A stretch of 64,000 nt of DNA from NCBI GenBank assembly GCA_021846515.1, contig JAJZWU010000003.1, positions 27,266-91,265 of the forward strand, read 5' to 3'. A model generated the notes under the pieces. It did no database searches and was not told where the DNA came from. It worked only from the letters and a program-made list of their open reading frames with translations. The stretch is from Actinomycetes bacterium (GTDB taxonomy: Bacteria; Actinomycetota; Acidimicrobiia; Acidimicrobiales; JAMCPL01). Both the position numbers and the translations under genes were made by a program. Of the stretch, positions 1-8,274 are shown piece by piece (the first letter of the stretch is position 1; every line of letters begins with the position of its first letter).

Positions 1-5
1 TTACC

Positions 6-1517
6 GTGACAGTCAGTGCCAATCATCCCGGCAACCCGATAAATAAATCCCTTCTTGGTGCAGACGGCCCTGCTCCTTCCCAGTACTCGTCCGAGGTAAA
101 GGCACTCGGACTACGATATATACGTACCGATGTGTCGTTTGAAGGGAGCGTAAACGGGCAGCCTGTCTACAATTGCAGTACCGGAGCATGGAACCCTGCT
201 CTGCTTGACGGCAGGGTGAACGCCATACACGCTCAGGGGGCACAGCCCGAATTGATTATCGATTATACCCCGCCATGCCTTGCTCCTGCTGGCGTGGTCA
301 AGTGGTGCAAGTACGAGGGTAGCAGTCTGGATGTGAACGACGGTCTGGGGGTGGGCGAGGGATTCTGGGACGGGCAGTCACTTGAGCCCAGTTCGTACCC
401 GTGCGGAGTGAACCTCCCTCCCTCCGGCAATGCAACATGGACTGCGCCTGATGTGGGCTCCGCCAACCAGGCTAAATGGGATGCGTTGGTTGCCCAGATG
501 GCCACCCATGAGATCCAGGCAGAAGGAGTCAGGGTGTTCGAGGTATGGAATGAGCCGGATGGCAGATTTTTGCCCGGCGGGCCAGCCTCTCTCCCGGCCT
601 ATCTCCATCTCTACCAGGACACTGCTACCGTTCTTGAGAGTGTGGCAAATAAACTGGGTGTGCAAATACAGATCGGTGGTCCTGCTACGATGTTTGCCGA
701 CCCTGTCTATATACCTGCTTTTCTGGCGTTTGTTGCGGCGCATCATCTCCCACTAAGCTTTATATCGTGGCACTGGTATGCGGACAGTCCGCTGGCTGGG
801 CCATATGGTTCCATGCCATCATCGAACTCCAGGTGGTGGTATAATCCGGCTCTTTCCACCTCCAGCTACGCGTCAAGCGTGGCTCAGGTGAAAGGATGGC
901 TCAAGCTCTTTCCGTCGCTGCATCCCAAGCTGTGGATAGATGAGTGGAACGTCGATGCAGGGTACGACCCCCGTCAGCAGGGTCCCTATGGGGCGGCATT
1001 TGTCGCTTCAGCTTTATCTCAAATGCAGGCTGCCGGGCTTAATAGAGCGTGCTTTTTCAACCTTTGGAATAGCGCCAACTGGGCTGACTTTGGTCTTCTT
1101 ACACCAGGCGGCAATCCGGTTCCAGCTTATTACTCTATGCTTTACTGGCATGAATTGGCGTCGTCTCAGGTTCCGGTCGACATTTCCAGCCAACTGCTTG
1201 CGACCAGTAAGGTTGGCGCCGTGGCTAGTACCGGATCGAATGGTCAGGTTACCATCCTTTCCTGGAACTTCCTGCCCTATAGCCTCTCTGGCAATTATGG
1301 TACATCGGATCCGACACCATATGACCATGTGGTGAAGGTCGTGGTGAATGGTCTTGTATCTGGAGCACGCTACAGTTGGACTCGTGCTCTGGTAGATGGT
1401 GCCCATCCATCAGGAGGGGTTGTTGCATCTGGAACTCTCTCCGGGCCATCAGCCAGTATGAGCTTTACCCTTCCCGGTGAGGGAGTTAGCCTGATTACGT
1501 TGAACCGGAACGGTTGA
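6..1517 (+). CDS. Glycoside hydrolase, clan GH-A (GH39/GH5-like TIM barrel)
   Basis: 503-codon ORF. RVFEVWNEPD (acid/base Glu context of clan GH-A) and LWIDEWN (nucleophile-type Glu) motifs. The GTG at nt 6 is only 5 nt from the window edge, so the true start may lie upstream. Confidence 0.6.
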   Translation: MTVSANHPGNPINKSLLGADGPAPSQYSSEVKALGLRYIRTDVSFEGSVNGQPVYNCSTGAWNPALLDGRVNAIHAQGAQPELIIDYTPPCLAPAGVVKWCKYEGSSLDVNDGLGVGEGFWDGQSLEPSSYPCGVNLPPSGNATWTAPDVGSANQAKWDALVAQMATHEIQAEGVRVFEVWNEPDGRFLPGGPASLPAYLHLYQDTATVLESVANKLGVQIQIGGPATMFADPVYIPAFLAFVAAHHLPLSFISWHWYADSPLAGPYGSMPSSNSRWWYNPALSTSSYASSVAQVKGWLKLFPSLHPKLWIDEWNVDAGYDPRQQGPYGAAFVASALSQMQAAGLNRACFFNLWNSANWADFGLLTPGGNPVPAYYSMLYWHELASSQVPVDISSQLLATSKVGAVASTGSNGQVTILSWNFLPYSLSGNYGTSDPTPYDHVVKVVVNGLVSGARYSWTRALVDGAHPSGGVVASGTLSGPSASMSFTLPGEGVSLITLNRNG

Positions 1518-1699
1518 TAATCTTGGCTTGTTCAGGGATGCGCTATGAATAAGCAGGACGTGATGGTATATCCATATTCGCATATCTTGTTCTTCTTCCC
1601 CCCTTCTCTTTCCTGTTCTGCCTGTCGGGCACCTCGTGGGTAAAATGAATAATCATTGTATATAGTTACGGGTTTTTGTAGTGAGCGGTAACGAGAGGG

Positions 1700-3436
1700 T
1701 TGCGATACGATATGAATAGGTCGAGAAGTGCTATAATGCACAGTACGGTTGCGGTGCTGATCTTTGCGGTGCTGATATTGGCTATGCTGTTTGTACCGGC
1801 TATAAAGCATGTGAAGGTCGGCATTCCTGGAGCTGGCGGGAAGTTCGTGCCTTACACCACCCCCGGAGAGGGGCAGCCCGGTACCACTGTTGGGGGTTAC
1901 CACTGTGCTCCCGGTAAGAGGCAGGTGCCCTGGTCGGAATATGCTCCCTACTGTATGTCGGCATGGCATGGGAACAACGGTGGGGCTACCTCGCAGGGGG
2001 TGACCGCCAAGACCGTTACCGTGACCGCCACCATTGCAATGTCCGGCGGTCTCTGTCCGGTAGTATCGTCTATGTTTGGTCCTATAGTGGGTACCCCTGC
2101 TCTCTTCAAGCGCACCATAGAGGCATACGTATCTCTGTTCAACCGTACTTTCGAGTTGTATGGCCGTAAGGTGATAGTGAAGTTTCTCAACGGTACGGGG
2201 TGCTTTATATCGGAGTTGCTCGGCCAGGATCAGAGTAATGCAGAGATAGATGCCCAGGCGGCGGCAGCACAGAATGCATTTGCCGATACGTCTGTACTGT
2301 ACTCCACTCCACCATATGATACTTCCCTCGCCCAGCACCACATAATTGCCATTGGGGGCGAGTACCAGCCACACTCCTGGTTCGCTGCCAATGCTCCCTA
2401 CGAGTACTCCACCCTGGCTAGTTGTACGAAGTTTGTCACGGGAGCTATTGATGCTATAAACAGTACTCTGGCCGGGATGCCGGCTATCTACTCAGGCTCT
2501 CCTAGTTTGCGCTCGAAGACGAGGAGATTTGGTGTGATTTACCCCAATGCGGTTACTATCCTTCCCTGCGCGAAGCAGGCAATAGCAATGCTGAAAGCTG
2601 CCGGGTACCCTGCTGTGGCTACCTTTGATTACTCGTTCGATATAGGTTCTCTGGCGGGACAGGCACCTGCAATTATGTCTGATTTCAAGTCCAAGGGGGT
2701 GACCACTGTTATATGCGCCTGTGATCCAATTACACCCAGCGCTCTTGCTGCTGCGGCTGTCGCTCAGGGTTACTACCCGGAATGGTTAACGCTCAACTTT
2801 GGCAATTCGATTACGAGAGGGATTATGAACAGTACCGCAGCGAAAGCGGAGTGGGCACATGACGCTACTATTTATACTCAGAGTGTCCCTCCGCAGGATT
2901 CCGAGTACGCCCTTGCGTACAAGCTGGCAACAGGTCATGCGTTGCGGGGTATGACAGCCACCATACAGGCGGAGGCCATCTATCCGAACATACTCTTTTT
3001 GTTTGACGGGCTCCAGCAGGCCGGCCCTGATCTTACGCCGGAGACCTTTCAGCGGGGGGTATGGTCGTTGCCCCCTTCGGTCCAGGATGCTTCGATGGGT
3101 GGTTGGTCAATTGGCCCCGGGCACTATACTACGCCATCTGACTTTCAGCTTGTCTACTGGAGCAATAAGGCCAGGGGTGCCGTTACCGGATTGCCTGGGA
3201 CGTTTATTGCGTGCAATGGCGGGGCGTTTTATTCTTTTTATCCACATGTGGGTGGGAGTTTCGGCGGCGGTTCCGGCTTGGGCGGCGGCGGTTCCGGCTT
3301 GGGCGGCGGCGGCGGTTCCGGCGACGGCTCCGGGTCTGTAATATCCCCCCTGCCTCATCATGTACAAGCTGCCTGCTTTGGCCGAGATGGTTCATCTCGC
3401 CCCTGGGTTCCACCACCGTCAGCCATTCCCAAGTGA
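1700..3436 (+). CDS. Membrane-anchored solute-binding-like protein (type I periplasmic-binding fold, Leu/Ile/Val-binding-like) with Gly/Ser-rich C-terminal tail
   Basis: 578-codon ORF with an N-terminal hydrophobic anchor (STVAVLIFAVLILAMLFVPA). The overall pattern resembles actinobacterial branched-chain-type ABC substrate-binding proteins; this is a weak call from memory. The C-terminal tail is GGSGLGGGGSGLGGGGGSGDGSG. Confidence 0.4.
   Translation: MRYDMNRSRSAIMHSTVAVLIFAVLILAMLFVPAIKHVKVGIPGAGGKFVPYTTPGEGQPGTTVGGYHCAPGKRQVPWSEYAPYCMSAWHGNNGGATSQGVTAKTVTVTATIAMSGGLCPVVSSMFGPIVGTPALFKRTIEAYVSLFNRTFELYGRKVIVKFLNGTGCFISELLGQDQSNAEIDAQAAAAQNAFADTSVLYSTPPYDTSLAQHHIIAIGGEYQPHSWFAANAPYEYSTLASCTKFVTGAIDAINSTLAGMPAIYSGSPSLRSKTRRFGVIYPNAVTILPCAKQAIAMLKAAGYPAVATFDYSFDIGSLAGQAPAIMSDFKSKGVTTVICACDPITPSALAAAAVAQGYYPEWLTLNFGNSITRGIMNSTAAKAEWAHDATIYTQSVPPQDSEYALAYKLATGHALRGMTATIQAEAIYPNILFLFDGLQQAGPDLTPETFQRGVWSLPPSVQDASMGGWSIGPGHYTTPSDFQLVYWSNKARGAVTGLPGTFIACNGGAFYSFYPHVGGSFGGGSGLGGGGSGLGGGGGSGDGSGSVISPLPHHVQAACFGRDGSSRPWVPPPSAIPK
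3263..3325 (+). repeat. 18-21-nt tandem repeat (ggcggcggttccggcttg units) encoding the Gly-rich tail
   Basis: Read directly: ggcggcggttccggcttg / ggcggcggcggttccggcttg / ggcggcggcggcggttccggcgac. Confidence 0.85.
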
Positions 3437-3458
3437 TTGCTGCTTGTTATAGTATGCT

Positions 3459-4157
3459 ATGATAGAGACTATGGCAGTAACTACCGAAACAGTTGCGGCA
3501 CCGTCAATGCCCGTAGAAGATGCAACTGCACCTGATGTTGTAGCGCCAGATAATGCTGGACAGGAGGCGATGGCGCTGGAGACTGCTCCGTCGGAGACTA
3601 CTCCGCCGGAGATGCCAAAGCCCGGTAGGACGCCCAGACCTTTTACCGCATCAGATCTCGATGCCGTGGTAGATGACGGATACAGGCGTGAGATCATAGA
3701 AGGGAGATTGATAGTGACCCCGTCACCAATATTTGAGCACCAGAACGTAGTATTTGAACTGGGTTATCGTATGAGGTCAGAGCATCCTCCAGGTTTTAAA
3801 GTCGCCATGGCTCCCCTTGACTGGCGTCCTCCTACCGGAGAGAGCCTACAGCCCGATGTAATGGTCATTCGTGAGGAGGATTACAACCCTAAAGGATTTA
3901 TGCTTGGTACCCCACTTCTTGTAGTAGAAGTACGCTCACCCTCTACTGCAGTCTATGACGAGACCACAAAACGTGCCCGTTACGAATCACTTGGAGTAAT
4001 AGACTACTGGATGGTCGACCCCGCTACTCCAAGTATCGTCGCATTGCATCTTGCAGATGGCCACTACGTAGAGGTGGGAAGAGCCACAGGAGATGAGAGC
4101 TTCCAGGCAACCACCCCATTCCCTGTTACTGTCGTCCCCTCAGAGCTAATCGCCTGA
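3459..4157 (+). CDS. Uma2-family (DUF820) putative restriction endonuclease-like protein with low-complexity N-terminus
   Basis: 232-codon ORF. The family-typical pattern is present: GRLIVTPSPIFEHQ ... PDVMVI ... PLLVVEVRSPSTAVYDETTKRARYESLGVIDYWMVDP. Confidence 0.7.
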   Translation: MIETMAVTTETVAAPSMPVEDATAPDVVAPDNAGQEAMALETAPSETTPPEMPKPGRTPRPFTASDLDAVVDDGYRREIIEGRLIVTPSPIFEHQNVVFELGYRMRSEHPPGFKVAMAPLDWRPPTGESLQPDVMVIREEDYNPKGFMLGTPLLVVEVRSPSTAVYDETTKRARYESLGVIDYWMVDPATPSIVALHLADGHYVEVGRATGDESFQATTPFPVTVVPSELIA

Positions 4158-4290
4158 CAGCAAACCAGCGTCGGCGGGCATATCGGGTGCCGTGTGAGCT
4201 TATCCGCTGAGCGCCATCTCAGCGCACACAAACCTACGACGGGCAGTGCGGAAGATAGGATTTACAACCTGGGTTCCCTGTTTGTTGCAG

Positions 4291-4363
4291 TGGGCCGCCC
4301 GGGGCTCGAACCCGGCACCTTGAGATTAAAAGTCTCCTGCTCTACCTGATGAGCTAGCGGCCC
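4291..4363 (-). tRNA. tRNA-Lys (anticodon UUU)
   Basis: The reverse complement folds as a 73-nt cloverleaf: GGGCCGC-TA-GCTC..GAGC-A-GGAGA-CTTTTAA-TCTCA-AGGTG-CCGGG-TTCGAGC-CCCGG-GCGGCCC-A. CCA is not encoded. Confidence 0.9.
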
Positions 4364-4639
4364 TTCTCCGGATCTGTCTAATAGCTTTATACGAGGATAG
4401 CACAGCGTGAGCGGTATAGGAACCACAAGACCCTTGACCATTTGCTATGCATGTACGAGAATAGCATATAATTTGAGCGGTATCGGTACCCGCAATCCAC
4501 CAATAGGATGTTTGTATGTCGTATGTGCCGGTGTGCATGTCTTAACTGGTAGATGCCGCCATACGGATGTATACTCATAATGTTGTATCCGGAGATCGCG
4601 TTAGCTGGAGACAATCTTGGATCGTAGAAAGGAATAACC

Positions 4640-5794
4640 ATGGACTTTAGAGAGACAGAAGAGCAGATCATGTTGCGCCAGGCGGTATCCGGCATAGCTT
4701 CAAAGTATGGACATTCTTACTATGTGGAACAATCACGTTCTGGAGGCAAACAGCAGGAGCTATGGGACGAACTGGCTGCCTCAGGCTTTCTGGGGGTAAG
4801 TGTACCTGAGCGGTGGGGTGGGGGAGGAATGGGTCTTACCGAGCTGTCCATAGTATGCGAAGAGGTTGCAGCTGCCGGTTGCCCCATACTCTTGTTGGTT
4901 GTGTCTCCTGCTATATGTGCAACCCTGATAGATAAGTTTGGCACGGAGGCACAGCAGGAAAAATGGCTTCCACGATTTGCAACCGGAGAGTTGAAGATGG
5001 CGTTCGCCATAACTGAGCCGGACGCTGGGTCCAATTCTCACAATATATCCACGACAGCTACCAAGGATGGTGATGTCTACCGTCTGAATGGTACCAAGTA
5101 CTATATATCGGGATGTGATGATGCTGAGGCAGTTTTGGTCGTGACCAGGACGTCGGTAGATGAAGCTACAGGTCATGGGAAGTTGTCTTTGTTTGTTGTG
5201 GATTTGGAGTCTGCCGGGCTGTCCAAGACGCTTATACCGGTAGAGATAACTGCTCCGGAAAAGCAATTTACTCTGTTCTTTGACAACGTGCAAGTGCCAA
5301 AAGACCGGCTGCTTGGAGTAGAGGGTGAGGGTCTAAGAGAAGTGTTTTTTGGGCTCAACCCGGAAAGGATAATGTCGGCGGCTATTGCGGTCGGCGTAGG
5401 CAGTTATGCTCTGTCAAAAGCTGCCGATTATGCACGGGATAGGTCTGTGTGGGGGGTTCCTATAGCCAGACACCAGGGATTGTCGCATCCTCTTGCAAAA
5501 TCAAAGGTGGAGCTTGAACTCGCCAAACTCATGTATCAAAAGGCTGCTTGGGCTTACGACAATGACATGGAAGCAGGCGAAGCAGCGAATATGTCCAAAT
5601 ATGCTGCCGCTGAAGCAGCGTTTACCTGTCTCGATCAGGCTATACAGACACACGGTGGCAATGGTATGGCAACCGAGTATGGATTGGCCGACCTTTGGGG
5701 GATGGCACGGCTGCTCAGAATTGCGCCGGTAAGCCGTGAGATGATACTGAACTTTGTAGTTCAACACTCACTCGGATTACCCAAGCCGTATTAG
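4640..5794 (+). CDS. Acyl-CoA dehydrogenase
   Basis: 384-codon ORF. FAITEPDAGSN and QTHGGNGMATEYGLADLW motifs; typical ACAD length. Confidence 0.9.
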   Translation: MDFRETEEQIMLRQAVSGIASKYGHSYYVEQSRSGGKQQELWDELAASGFLGVSVPERWGGGGMGLTELSIVCEEVAAAGCPILLLVVSPAICATLIDKFGTEAQQEKWLPRFATGELKMAFAITEPDAGSNSHNISTTATKDGDVYRLNGTKYYISGCDDAEAVLVVTRTSVDEATGHGKLSLFVVDLESAGLSKTLIPVEITAPEKQFTLFFDNVQVPKDRLLGVEGEGLREVFFGLNPERIMSAAIAVGVGSYALSKAADYARDRSVWGVPIARHQGLSHPLAKSKVELELAKLMYQKAAWAYDNDMEAGEAANMSKYAAAEAAFTCLDQAIQTHGGNGMATEYGLADLWGMARLLRIAPVSREMILNFVVQHSLGLPKPY

Positions 5795-5807
5795 ATTGTC
5801 CTCTCCG

Positions 5808-5990
5808 CTCCCGCCCTCATCTTCCCCGCCATCTCCGCCAGGGCCGCCCTCATCTTCCCCACCCTTGCCACCGCAGCCGCCCTCATCTCCTCCTCCTTCT
5901 CCACGGTCACCTTCTCCGCCAGAGCCGCCCTCATCTTCCCCTCCTTCTCCGCAGCCGCCATCTCCGCCAGGGCAGCCATTGTCCTCTCCA
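5808..5990. repeat. Degenerate CCN/TCN-rich repeat block (Pro/Ser codons on + strand, Ala/Met/Glu-rich mirror ORF on - strand)
   Basis: The motif ccgccctcatct(t/c)cc recurs at about 5811, 5843, 5877 and 5924. gccatctccgccaggg occurs at 5828 and 5957 (129-nt spacing). Confidence 0.8.
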
Positions 5991-6053
5991 TCATCCCCAC
6001 CACCTCATGCTCAACAATATTTTCCCTATAGATACAACAGGCCTAATCATGCC

Positions 6054-6917
6054 ATGCAGGGGCGGTCTTCGGGCATACCATCCAGACCAAAGGTCAGGAT
6101 GAAGGTGCTTTTGGTAGCAGTACTGGCGGTAGCGGTCCTCGCTGGTTCCGGCACAGCTTGGTCTGTATCTCGGATCAAGGTGCCTGTTCCACACCCTTTG
6201 GTAAGAGTGCTTCTGGCGGGTGATTCTGTAGCAGAGTCTATGGGGCGGGGATTGTCAGTGGACGCGTATAAATACGATGTAGCTTTAGTGGCCGTTACGC
6301 TTAAAGGCTGCGGCGTGACGATGGCAAAGACTGTTTTTTATGGCGGGGTAATTACGCCGACAGAACCTTACTGCCAGCAATGGCCTTCCACCTACAGTAG
6401 AGCTGTGCAACGCTTCAAGCCCAATATATCGGTTCTCTTGGCGGGACGCTGGGAAGTTGCTAACGCATTGTGGCACGGTCATTGGACCAGTATCGATCAT
6501 CCTGGTTATGCTTCTTATATTGCACAGCAGTTATCTGAGGCAATTAAAGTTCTGTCGAGCGGTGGCGCTAAAGTAGCATTATTAACTGCCCCGTATTATG
6601 CGCCGAAGACCGAACCGTTTCGCCGAAATGGCACACCCTCTTGTTCGCCTGGGTGTAATAGATATTTTCCCGAGGACTCACCCGAGCGGGTTAATAAGTA
6701 CAATCAGATTCTCAGGCAGGTGGCATTGAAATATCCAAAGGTGGCCACAGTGATCAATCTTAATGCTGAGGTAGACCCAGGAGGGCATTTTGCCAGTGTA
6801 ATAGGTGGAGTACAAATTAGAAATCCCGATGGGATACATTTTACTGTTCCGGCGGGCGGAGAATGGCTGAGGCCATATTTGTTGCCTAAGTTGGCATCGC
6901 TGGGAGGTTCTGGCTAG
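6054..6917 (+). CDS. SGNH/GDSL-family hydrolase, membrane-anchored or secreted
   Basis: LLAGDSVAESMG (block I GDS) and NPDGIHFT (block V DxxH), plus a signal/anchor MKVLLVAVLAVAVLAGSG. The start is ambiguous: ATG 6054, ATG 6099, or TTG 5796. The TTG start would add an 86-aa Pro/Ser-rich N-terminus. Confidence 0.6.
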   Translation: MQGRSSGIPSRPKVRMKVLLVAVLAVAVLAGSGTAWSVSRIKVPVPHPLVRVLLAGDSVAESMGRGLSVDAYKYDVALVAVTLKGCGVTMAKTVFYGGVITPTEPYCQQWPSTYSRAVQRFKPNISVLLAGRWEVANALWHGHWTSIDHPGYASYIAQQLSEAIKVLSSGGAKVALLTAPYYAPKTEPFRRNGTPSCSPGCNRYFPEDSPERVNKYNQILRQVALKYPKVATVINLNAEVDPGGHFASVIGGVQIRNPDGIHFTVPAGGEWLRPYLLPKLASLGGSG

Positions 6918-6957
6918 CGTTCGGTGGATACCGGCCAGTACAGCAATGAACGAGGTA

Positions 6958-7542
6958 TCAGGCGTTTACCGGCGGATGCAGCACCAACTCTATAACTGTA
7001 TCTATTCTGCCTCTTAACTCGCTAATTTCTCTACCCAGAGATACGACCTTTTCATCCAGTTTGTCGGTTTTGCTGTCAAGCTTCGCATCCAGCTTGTCAA
7101 ATTTATCTTCTAACTTCGTACCCAGTTCGTCGGTTTGATCGTCAAGCCTCATATCGAGGCTGTCGGTTTTGCTGTCAAGTTTCGCATCCAGCTCGTCAAA
7201 CTTCCTCTCGAACTTCTTGTCGAGGTTGTCTATCTTTTCTTCGAACTTCGCATCCAGCTCGTCAAACTTCCTCTCGAACTTCTTGTCGAGGTTGTCTATC
7301 TTTTCTTCGAACTTCGCATCCAGCTCGTCAAACTTCCTCTCGAACTTCTTGTCGAGGTTGTCTATCTTTTCTTCGAACTTCGCATCCAGCTTGTTGATAT
7401 CAGCCTTGAGTTCTTTCTTTACTCCGTCAATCTTGGCATCAAGAGAGGATACGGCACGCCATCCTGCAAACATAAGCATGGCTACTGCTACGAATAGCCC
7501 TATTAGCTGATGCACTAAACCCACACTCTCAGTATAACACAT
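6958..7542 (-). CDS. Membrane-anchored coiled-coil repeat protein (function unknown)
   Basis: 194-codon ORF. N-terminal TM segment (LIGLFVAVAMLMFAGW) followed by heptad-like K/E/D-rich repeats. KFEEKIDNLDKKFERKFDELDA occurs three times identically. Confidence 0.65.
   Translation of the reverse strand: MCYTESVGLVHQLIGLFVAVAMLMFAGWRAVSSLDAKIDGVKKELKADINKLDAKFEEKIDNLDKKFERKFDELDAKFEEKIDNLDKKFERKFDELDAKFEEKIDNLDKKFERKFDELDAKLDSKTDSLDMRLDDQTDELGTKLEDKFDKLDAKLDSKTDKLDEKVVSLGREISELRGRIDTVIELVLHPPVNA
7183..7391 (-). repeat. Perfect 66-bp tandem repeat, 3 full copies plus an 11-nt partial, in frame within the coiled-coil gene
   Basis: The unit cgcatccagctcgtcaaacttcctctcgaacttcttgtcgaggttgtctatcttttcttcgaactt starts at 7183, 7249 and 7315. 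A fourth copy starts at 7381 and diverges after cgcatccagc. Confidence 0.95.
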
Positions 7543-7583
7543 TTGTTGATTTTCATATTATCCTTAACCTACTCTTGTCCGTT

Positions 7584-7595
7584 GCGGTTAACCGC
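7584..7595. promoter_or_regulatory. Perfect 12-bp palindrome GCGGTTAACCGC about 42 bp upstream of the coiled-coil gene start; candidate operator
   Basis: Read directly from the sequence. The position relative to ATG 7542 suggests a promoter-proximal site; no other support. Confidence 0.3.
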
Positions 7596-7655
7596 ATCCT
7601 ATCTGTTCATTGCTTGCGATTCGCTGGACGTATATGTTTTTGATTTACTCACTCT

Positions 7656-7787
7656 GGCATCCATGCACCATGGAGTATACGATTAAGTACGGCTCCAGTG
7701 CATCCGCTGATAATGGCATCCATGCACCATGGAGTATACACAGCACGGAACGCACATACCATGGAGCACACACAGCACGGAACGCAC
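7656..7787. repeat. Intergenic direct-repeat modules
   Basis: ggcatccatgcaccatggagtatac occurs at 7656 and 7715 (59-nt spacing). cacagcacggaacgcac occurs at 7739 and 7771 (32-nt spacing). A third accatggag copy is at about 7759. Confidence 0.85.
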
Positions 7788-7953
7788 TATTAAAGTGCCG
7801 CCTACTGTCCGTTTGGCAGCTGAGGCTGGCGAGTCCAGATGCACCCATGCACTCCATGTGGTCTCGCCAGCTATTCTCAGCCGAACCTCCTGGCCAATTC
7901 CCTACCGGCAACTTGCTGATACACATCCTCAAGTTACTGGTTCTGGGTATTGT

Positions 7954-8274
7954 TCAATGGGCGCTACATAGCAACCTGCTTTCCAAAATGGCAAATAAGT
8001 TTGCCAGCTCCTCTGCCTCGTCTACGTAGCCAATTGTTGCCAGCCTATCCCTGGCTGATGCTATTATCGAGCACGCCTCAAACGCCTCCTGCTTGTCCAG
8101 CAGTACCATGCTGGCAAAACGTACCCTGGTTACGCCATCTGGCAACGGATCATGTATGCCTATTTGATGCACATTGGTTGCAACCACATCCGATCTATCA
8201 TTCGCATCGACCTTATGGGCATTACGCAATTCAGGTGCACTGGCCAGTAGTGCAGCAGTAGCGGCACAATTCAT
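7954..8274 (-). CDS. Hypothetical protein, translationally coupled to ssb (ATGA overlap)
   Basis: 106-codon ORF. Its ATG (8274-8272) overlaps the ssb TGA (8273-8271). No motif recognised. Confidence 0.5.
   Translation of the reverse strand: MNCAATAALLASAPELRNAHKVDANDRSDVVATNVHQIGIHDPLPDGVTRVRFASMVLLDKQEAFEACSIIASARDRLATIGYVDEAEELANLFAILESRLLCSAH

Noticed and set aside
1532-2374. 280-aa minus-strand ORF
   Set aside because: It is entirely antisense to the better-supported 578-aa solute-binding-like gene, has odd composition (Cys/His/Arg/Tyr-rich), and carries no recognisable motif.
5791-6003. 70-aa minus-strand ORF (KMRAALAEMA-type repeats)
   Set aside because: It is a mirror image of the CCN-rich repeat block and overlaps the ACAD stop. 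There is no independent evidence for it. It is reported only as part of the dual-strand ambiguity finding.
7183-7391. Regularly spaced identical 66-bp units: possible CRISPR array?
   Set aside because: The units are directly contiguous with no spacers. They lie in frame inside a 194-codon ORF and encode a heptad-like coiled coil. There are no cas genes. This is a coding tandem repeat, not a CRISPR array.
7610-8029. 139-aa plus-strand ORF and its overlapping partners in the 7.6-8.0 kb spacer
   Set aside because: The sequence is built from the direct repeats described above and the protein is compositionally implausible. It partly overlaps the better-supported 106-aa ORF coupled to ssb on the other strand.
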